Shown one piece after another: positions 23,501 through 30,006 of a stretch of 30,006 nt of DNA. The notes below the pieces were generated by a model. That model worked only from the letters and a program-made list of their open reading frames with translations. It was not told the origin of the DNA and made no database searches. The DNA comes from Macrostomum lignano (Eukaryota). The stretch lies in contig NIVC01004963.1 of the NCBI GenBank assembly GCA_002269645.1, positions 1-30,006 on the forward strand. Reading direction: 5' to 3'. Position 1 is the first letter of the stretch. Every line of letters begins with the position of its first letter. A program made the position numbers and the translations under genes.

Positions 23501-26500
23501 TTACTAAAGTTATTAAAAGGAAGTCGTGCGGCTGCGAGAAAAGCCAGTGCTTCGCCAGCCAGGCTATGGAACTCATTCTGGTGATGCAGGCCTCGCAAGA
23601 TCTTGGCGAGTTGCACTTTGGCTACGAGAAGCAATTCATTATCTCTATGATTCAGAAGATGAAGATCGGCGCCAAGAGCGTCCGCGTCTCCGTTGTCCTG
23701 TTCTCTAGCCGTGCCAGCCTGGCTTTCCGTCTGACTGAGTACCACAGCCAATCAAGCGTCATCACCGCTATTAAGGGCCTCAAGCTGATGACTGGCAAGC
23801 ACCGAGCCATAGGCGATGCCCTCTTATTAGTTCGGGAACAGGTTCTAACCGATTCAGCTGAGCAGAGTGCCAAAATGCTCATCGTCATCACTTCGGGAGA
23901 TTCTAACTACGGCCGCAGCGTGGAAGTAGAGAGCAACAGACTGCAGGAGATGAGCGTTTCAATCCTGGTGATCGGTGTTGGGGCTGATGTTAATGATGCG
24001 TCCCTGCAGGTTATCAGCACCGTATACATTCATATTCGCACCTGGATCAAGCTTAAGTACGCATACAAGTACGTACTTCGCATGCGCATCAGCTTCGTAG
24101 CCCAGCCAGCCGTCCATGGCGCTCTGAAGATTCGCTGTCCAAAGTATCGCCGAGTGCTGGTTAGCAAATGCGTTGCTGGCTATAAGAAGCGCATTGTCAA
24201 GTTCTACAAGATGGTTCGCAACACCTGCATGCCATTCAAGCAGGTGCACAAAGTTCGTTGCACCAATCGTAAGTGATCCGTTGAACTAAATTGGCGTGAA
24301 ATTTGATTTAAAAGGCTTATTACAGTACTGTATAAAACTAAAATATGCTTCTATCGATTACTTCCATATTACACCTACAGCTCCAGTCTGCAAAGAAGGC
24401 ACAAAGGTTCACATTGGAAAATGCAACCCTAAAACGCGCCTACGCGTTGTTACGCGAGTGCACACCTCCAAGATTCACGATTGCAGCCACAAAAAGTGCG
24501 TCTGGCGATGCAGCAAGCGGCTAGTCCGAAGGAAGCAGCCCTGTCGAAAGAGTAAGAATGTCGCTTAACTAGGCTAAATGATCAAATTTAATATCAATAT
24601 TATGCCACTTTCAGAATTGCATCTTTCCCACACATTGCAGTTCGATGCATCAAGCGCCGGCTTATGATTGAAAAACGTTGCAGAAAATCAGGCTTTCGTA
24701 GAATCTTCTGGGGATTCTACAGTACAACCCGCGGCAGTTGCAAGCGAGTTCGCATCAAGGTCATTCGAAAAGTTCCGTGCAGTGGCTGCTCCAAGCACCA
24801 GATTCGAATCTTTCACATAACTGTTGGGCGCAAGTGCACTGGAGGTAGTAAAGCGATCTACTCTAGTTTCTACGCCTCACACAAAGGCAGATGCAGCTAC
24901 CAGAGACTGCATGTTACTAAACGGCGATGCGTTTTGAAAAAACGTTGTCCAAGAAAGGCCAGGATCCAAATCGAGACCCAATGTCTCCGTAAAGGAAGCC
25001 GTTATCGCGGCGTGTATTGGACGTACTTAACAAGACTGCAACCTGCCGGTCCATGCGTTCGAGTTCATGGAAAATTAGTTCGACTGATCCCCTGTGGTGG
25101 ATGCACCACTAAGCAACGTAGCTACCAGCATGTAACCACGGGAAAAGCCTGCAAAAGCGGCTTCATTACCAGCTTCGTTACTGTCTATCAGGGCGAGGAA
25201 TCCAGGCGGTGCCACAAAACTCGAGTGGTTATCCGAAAGCGAAATTGTAAGAAATTTAAGTTAAAAAACATGAATGAAACTGTTATTAGAATTTACAGCT
25301 TTTTCTCAAAAACAGCCAAACAACTAATACAAATCCGTTTAAATATTTTAGGCAAGTCTTGCAAAAAGGATACGACGAAAACAACACCGTGCATTCGAGG
25401 ATATAGAAGAACCATCCGAATTCACTTCACGGTCAAAGGAAGTAAATGTGTGCCTCACAAGACTTTGATAAAGAAAGTCAAGTGTGGTGAGGAAAAACAC
25501 GGCTGCAAACCACCGCGCAAAGTCCACACGCGATGCTCGGCTGGGCACAAGTACTCCTACACCACTACGTATTACTACAAGAAGAAGAAGGTTTGCACCG
25601 GTCTGGTTGTTCCGCCAAGTCGCACCTGCAGCAAGGTTGCCGACCTCGTGTTCGTTCTGGACTCTTCGACCAGCATTCACGACGCCGATTTTGCCAAAGA
25701 ATCTCGCTTTGTTCAGCACATCGTTCGCAGGATGGGCGTATCTCCGACTGGCGTTCGCGTTGCTGTTGTCACTTATTCGACCAGACCGAAACTCGTGTTC
25801 AACTTGGACAAGTACAAAACCAAGTCGCAGGTTCTGGCCGCCATGTCGAAGCTTCCACGAGACGAGGGAATCACAATGACTTATGCGGCTATCGACCTTG
25901 TCAACAGTGACATCTACCCGAAGAGACGAGCTGGAGTCCCGTTCATTGTCGTGGTCATCACTGACGGCAAGAGCACGATGGGTGACCCCGTCGCCTCGGC
26001 TAAAGTCTTGAAGAAAAGGGCGCCCGCTTTGTCTCTGTCGGAATCTACAACCCCGACCCAAGCGTGACCGACAAGATTAATCCGTAAGAATACATTTCTT
26101 AAACTGTATTACAGAACATAGGTTACCTGATTCAAATAAGACATTATAAGCGAAGCATGCTTGCTTTCGAAATCTACTGCTGCAGGGCTGAACTAAAGGG
26201 CATCTCAAGCAAAGGAAGATTCTGGCGAGCCGGAAACTTTAACAAGCTTGATTCCATCGTCAGCAGCGTCGTTCGGGAAGTGTGCACAGGTAGGAGAACG
26301 GACACATGCTAGATGCTGGTCTGATGCTTAATAACTTGTAATTTACAATTTACAACTTCAGACATGGGAAAATCAAAATCAAAGTCAGGAGGAAAACGGG
26401 TGTGCAAGATAATCTGCGTGAAGAAGCGCAAGATTTCTGCAAAGAAGATTTGCAGGAAGGACTGCTCGAGCAGGACTCTCATCCGTCACTGCAAGAAGCA

Positions 26501-29500
26501 CAGGGCCTATCGCGTGTTTACTCGAGTCACCTACCGGTGGAACGGAAAGAAATGCGTTCCCAAGAGCCGGAAGGTCATCAAGAAGATCCGGTGCCGTAAG
26601 TAAATGCACTCGTGAAAAACGAGTATATTAATACCTTTTGCACCTTTGTGCCCCAGGCGTGACTTGCAACGCCATTGGCGCATGTTAAGAGAAGCCGAAT
26701 CCAAATATTAGATTATTCGTAACTATGCTAAGTGATTATTCGCTTTCGCCTTGATTGCAGCTCCGAGAACTTGTCCGAAAGCCAAGATCATCCGCAAAGA
26801 GTGCAAGCCTGGCAGGGCGAAGAGCGTCACGACGCACATCTTCTACACGTCGCGTGTGAAGTGCACGATGTCTCTGCCGCCTCGTTGCACGCAGCACTGC
26901 ATCAAGAAGGTGAAGCGCTCGGCCGTTCCGTGCAAGAAAATCAAGTGCAAGGGCGACAAAGACCACGTGACCAAGTGCGGCGGCAGTCGTCGCTATCGCG
27001 TTGTCGTCACAATCAAGTACATCCAAGTAAAAGGCGTCTGCAAGAGGCGCAAGACCACCAAGCGCTATCCGTGTCCGGTCAAGTGCCCAAAGACTCAGAC
27101 CATCATAAGGCCTTGCAAAAAGGGTCGCAAGTTCTCTGTGAAGTCCATCATCAGCTACACCGTTCGTCGCGCGTGCGTTCACAAGGGCAAGTGCACAGTG
27201 AAGTGCGTCAGACGAGTTCTGCGATCGCGAAAGCGGTGCAAAACGCGTCCGCCAGATCGTCGCTGCAAGCAGCCTCCGCCCTTCTGGACCAAGTGTCGCA
27301 AACACTCTGCATACAAGTACCAGATCAAGGCGCTCTACAGGAATGTTCGCGGAACTTGTGTCATCTACAAGCGAGAGACAATTGCCCGACTTCTTTGCCG
27401 TAAGTAGCTCGTTCCTTGACAAGTAGCAAGGGTAGCTAATCTACTCGTCAAAATAGAAGTTTCAAAACCAGGGTTTATATCTGCTTATTGAATTAATATT
27501 TTAGCACCTCGCAAGTGCCCGAAGACGAGAGTAACCAAAACGAAGTGCACAAAGGGAGTCAGGCACAAGGTCACCACTACGATTTTCTACTCTGGTAAGA
27601 TTGTGTGCAGCAAGAAGAAGCCGATCGTATGCCGACAGGTGTGCACAAAGCGAGTGACCAAGTCTGGTGTCCCGTGCTTTCACATCGTGTGCGACGAGGC
27701 CAAGAAGGTCAAGCTTACCAAGTGCGGCGGTAAGAGGCGCTACCGATCCGTCATCACTACCTGGAATACACGAGTCGGAAAGAAGTGCAGGAAGCACAGG
27801 ACCGTCAAGCACTATCCGTGCCCAGTGGTTTGCCCGAAGAGGTCCAAGACCATCAAGCGAACTTCGTGCGGCAAGGGCAGGAAGTACCGGACTCTCACGA
27901 TCGCGACTTCCACCGTTAAGAAGAGGTGCAGCGGCCGTATCTGCACACTGCACTGCATCCGCAAGCTGATCCACTCTCGCGTGTTGTGTCCGAAGCCGCC
28001 ACATCGCTGCAGGAAGCCGCGCAAGGTGCACGTCCGATGCTCGAAGAAGAACTCACACTCGTACATCATCACCTATTACTACGTGAAGAAGCGAGTGTGT
28101 CACCGTAAGTCCCAATGCCTAAAACGTTTTGCAACCAATTATTTTAGTTCGCAATGGTTTACAAGCATACCTTACTTTAAACGAATGCACAACTGTTTCT
28201 CAGGTGCTTTGAAGTCTGGAAAAGCGCGCCGCTGCAAGATTGTGTGCGTGAAGAAGCACAAGCGGTCAGCCAGGAAGCCGTGCAAGAAGCGCAAGTGCCG
28301 ATACCAGCTATCCTACCACACCACCAAGTGTGTGCACAACTTCCGAACCATCACAACGAAGTACCGCACTCGGGTCCACGGACGCTGTGTCTGGCGACGA
28401 AAATCCGTGCGTCGCGTCCGCTGCTCTGGCTGCTCGTCCCACCAGATTCACTACCACAAGACGACGGTCGGCAGCAAGTGCAAGGCTGGACGCACGCAGA
28501 CCTTCCTGAACTTCTACGAGTCGCGCAAGTACAAAACCGGCTGGGTGTGTCACAAGAAGAAAGTCCAGGTGTCCATCATTAAGTGCAAGTGCAACAGGAA
28601 GCCTCTGCTGCTCCTGGACAAGAAGTGCCGCAAGGGCTACAGGAAGCTTACCAAGGTGGTGTTTATCGATCGCGGCGGCAAGTGCATTAGGAAGCAGACT
28701 GTCACTAAGAAAAAGTGCAAGATCATCAAAATCCATTGCGATCCGGCAATGATTGTGAAGAAGTGCACTAAGCACGCGGCTTACCGACTGTTCCTGCAAA
28801 TCAGCTACAGGCTGGTCGACGGAAAGTGCCGCAAACACCGCACAAGGATCGTCAAGAAGCAGCCTTGTCGTAAGTATTGATAATCATGCTTTTTAAGTAC
28901 GCTCTTAAGTAAGTGTTCTAGTTTCCCTAAATGATATCTCATTCTTTGATCAAAATGTAAACACAATGCAGCACCAAGACGCTGTCCGAAGGCCAAGACA
29001 ATCCGCACAAAGTGCAAGCCGGGAGTCGTCAAGCGAGTCACGACGCACATCTTCTACACGTCGCATGTCAGGTGTACAAAGTCGAAGCGGCCTCGTTGCA
29101 CGCAGCACTGCATCAAGAAGGTGAAGCGCTCGGCTGTTCCGTGCAAGAAAATCAAGTGCAAGAAGGACAAGGACCACGTGACAAAGTGCGGCGGCAGTCG
29201 TCGCTATCGTGTTGTCGTCACCATCAAGTACACCGAAGTAAAAGGCATCTGCAAGAAGCACAAAACCACCAAGCGCTATCCGTGTCCGATCAAGTGCCCG
29301 AAGACTCAGGTCATCCGTAAACCCTGCTCCAAGGGCAAGTCGCACAGCTTGTTCGAGGTCAAGTCCATCATCAGCTACACTGTTCGTCGCTCGTGCGTTC
29401 ACAAGGGCAAGTGCACCGCAAAGTGCGTCAGACACGTGGTTAGCAAGAAAAAGCCTTGCCCACCAGTCCCTACTCCGTGTAAAGTTAAGGCCGTGCTCAA

Positions 29501-29610
29501 GCGCTGCAAGAAGCACTCCGCCTACAAGTACTTGATCGAGGTTTACTACAAGCGAATTCGCGGACGCTGTGTACCGCTGAAGCGTATCACGAAGAAGAGA
29601 CTCCCATGCC
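18318..29610 (+). CDS. Gene span (3' incomplete): giant secreted Lys/Arg/Cys-rich modular protein with three VWA domains, at least 14 exons, about 2,050 aa in window
   Basis: Phase-consistent GT-AG chain: 18318-18422, 19047-19197, 20978-21470, 21612-21721, 23375-24268, 24381-24551, 24641-25246, 25352-26083, 26186-26289, 26362-26595, 26761-27399, 27505-28104, 28204-28869, 28972-29610. It needs one -1 correction near 26017. The last exon ends in a donor, so no stop is identified. Confidence 0.8.
18797..18907. repeat. Degenerate 12-bp tandem repeat (TCTTAGATCTAG-like) in intron 1
   Basis: cttagatatggtcttagatatggtcttagatctagtcttatatctaatcttagatctagt. Confidence 0.7.
19047..19197 (+). CDS. Exon 2: acidic pro-region
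   Basis: Acceptor ttgcgcag|CAA, QMLENMNDAIEVPDSIELDGNPGAFADSINEIEAEDEGVDDLAAKAISRH, donor G|gtgagt (phase 1). Confidence 0.75.
19507..19843 (-). mobile_element. 5'-truncated non-LTR retrotransposon 3' end (CCHC knuckle, I/Nimb-like) with (TAAG)n tail and 13-bp target-site duplication
   Basis: The minus strand reads CSEECPFCLSGVENAEHFIRECSAFTRDR, then LCHLVHYLRATG* in another frame. ACTTACTTACTT is at 19511-19522. TGCGCCCCTGATG is repeated at 19494-19506 and 19844-19856. Confidence 0.78.
20473..20512. repeat. (GA)n dinucleotide microsatellite
   Basis: Direct reading, with one AA interruption. Confidence 0.95.
20978..21470 (+). CDS. Exon 3: KKR site and degenerate, basic VWA domain 1
   Basis: Acceptor atcgcag|GC fits phase 1 (a phase-0 acceptor at 20958 also exists). 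It reads DFTFLVDG..VRVNMIVAG..ALGEALY..KLIVVLAS..GVTFLPVMVG. Donor CA|gtgagt (phase 2). Confidence 0.75.
21612..21721 (+). CDS. Exon 4: end of VWA1 (QAFWKSRATAGKYVWVPKFSSLQFVVDAFIHMHIRWK), absent from the ORF track
   Basis: Acceptor ttttaacag|G fits phase 2. Donor A|gtgagt (phase 1). Confidence 0.75.
22824..22934. repeat. Short inverted-repeat (MITE-like) structure in intron 4
   Basis: 22824-22852 versus 22906-22934 match at 27 of 29 nt as an inverted pair. An inner pair AACTTCGA / TCGAAGTT is also present. Confidence 0.7.
23375..24268 (+). CDS. Exon 5: Cys/Lys module, VWA domain 2 (no MIDAS Asp), Cys/Lys module
   Basis: Acceptor aatttcag|TG. Reads ELILVMQASQD..VRVSVVLFS..IGDALLLV..KMLIVITSGDS..VSILVIGVG. 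Donor C|gtaagt. Confidence 0.88.
24381..24551 (+). CDS. Exon 6: one six-Cys basic module
   Basis: Acceptor acctacag|CT and donor A|gtaaga, phase 1-1. Confidence 0.8.
24641..25246 (+). CDS. Exon 7: tandem Cys/Lys/Arg modules
   Basis: Acceptor cattgcag|TT enters the 24664 frame. Donor T|gtaaga, phase 1-1. Confidence 0.8.
25352..26083 (+). CDS. Exon 8: basic modules and canonical VWA domain 3 (MIDAS intact), with an apparent -1 frameshift near 26014-26020
   Basis: Reads DLVFVLDSSTS..VRVAVVTYS..GITMTYAAI..IVVVITDGKS. After the shift it reads GARFVSVGIYNPDPSVTDKIN, with donor CC|gtaaga (phase 2). Confidence 0.82.
26186..26289 (+). CDS. Exon 9: C-terminal helix of VWA3 (AELKGISSKGRFWRAGNFNKLDSIVSSVVREVCT), absent from the ORF track
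   Basis: Acceptor gctgcag|G fits phase 2 of the shifted frame. Typical VWA end (EL..IS..F..L..I). Donor G|gtagga. Confidence 0.82.
26362..26595 (+). CDS. Exon 10: basic Cys modules
   Basis: Acceptor aacttcag|AC and donor C|gtaagt, phase 1-1. Confidence 0.85.
26761..27399 (+). CDS. Exon 11: four-module block, paralogue of exons 12 and 14
   Basis: Acceptor gattgcag|CT, donor C|gtaagt, 639 nt. Confidence 0.88.
27505..28104 (+). CDS. Exon 12: older paralogue of the four-module block
   Basis: Acceptor attttag|CA, reads PPRKCPKTRVTKTKC..TKCGGKRRYR..YPCPVVCPK, donor C|gtaagt. Confidence 0.85.
28204..28869 (+). CDS. Exon 13: basic Cys modules, partly paralogous to exons 7 and 10
   Basis: Acceptor tttctcag|GT, contains CSGCSSHQI (exon 7 has CSGCSKHQI), donor C|gtaagt. 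Confidence 0.85.
28972..29610 (+). CDS. Exon 14: recent duplicate of exon 11; the gene probably continues beyond it
   Basis: Acceptor aatgcag|CA, 639 nt, shares long identical stretches with exon 11, donor C|gtaagt at 29610/29611. Confidence 0.88.
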
Positions 29611-30006
29611 GTAAGTTTTAGTCTCTTGTTTTTGCAAACTATTTGTTATTTCAAACTGTAAGAAATGCAATTGTTCATTCAATTGCTGTTTGATTTATTT
29701 AAGCACTTTCACTAAATCTGTAACTTCTAAGTATTGTACCTGAGACATGTTTTCAGGGTGATGGGTTTCTTGTTCTTTCAGCTCTTGTATTTTGTTTTCG
29801 ATTCTTGAATCCAGAAGATTCAAAGTAATGAGATGAAACAATAGTTTTCGATTGAGCACTATAAAAAACTCTATTGACGAACGCAAAACTTTGTTTAACA
29901 TAAGACCCATCTGTATGTGACGAAAAATAATAGAATAGTTAATTAAGTTTCAGAAAATCTTTTCAAGGAAATCCAACTTATTGCAGAAGTTTTCGAGAGT
30001 ATCTGA

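Noticed and set aside
24664-26067. ORF 24664-26067 as a complete 467-aa protein
   Set aside because: It includes a 105-nt intron, lacks a signal peptide, and ends in an out-of-frame tail before the VWA fold is complete.
25348-29516. Long minus-strand and alternative-frame ORFs over the giant gene (25348-26061, 26736-27422, 27501-28031, 28308-28838, 28950-29516)
   Set aside because: They are shadow ORFs of GC-rich, codon-biased exons, with no recognisable domains and boundaries that track the + strand exons.
18318-29610. Naming the giant gene as Mlig-ap1/ap2, collagen VI, matrilin or von Willebrand factor
   Set aside because: No collagen Gly-X-Y, EGF, C-type lectin, VWD/C8/TIL or low-complexity KR tracts are visible. 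Only the VWA domains and the basic composition are shared.
29757-29761. A tiny terminal exon (tttcag|GG TGA) closing the giant gene
   Set aside because: It is phase-compatible but would add only one residue. Such AG sites are common by chance, so the 3' end is left open.

Overview
This is intron-containing animal genomic DNA, not prokaryotic: AT-rich introns and intergenic DNA, GC-rich exons, GT-AG junctions, microsatellites and minisatellites. The style of the RTE-like fragment and the exon/intron contrast suggest a free-living flatworm such as Macrostomum, but that is inference only. By hand-splicing I reconstruct four + strand genes. (1) The last two exons of a Mind bomb-like ankyrin plus two-RING E3 ligase (3270-4957). 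(2) A secreted protein with an agrin-NtA/TIMP-like OB-fold segment (from 6606). (3) A 166-aa secreted precursor with a cystine knot, a second six-Cys module and a C-terminal RF-G-R amidation-type tail (11208-12217). (4) A very large secreted protein (at least 14 exons, about 2,050 aa in the window, 18318 to beyond 29610). It has an acidic pro-region, three VWA domains and many Lys/Arg/Cys-rich beta-hairpin-like modules, and needs one -1 frame correction near 26017. Mobile DNA includes a decayed RTE-like LINE split by a foldback element, and a 5'-truncated LINE 3' end with a 13-bp target-site duplication. No CRISPR array, rRNA or tRNA was recognised. All gene models are manual predictions without transcript evidence.
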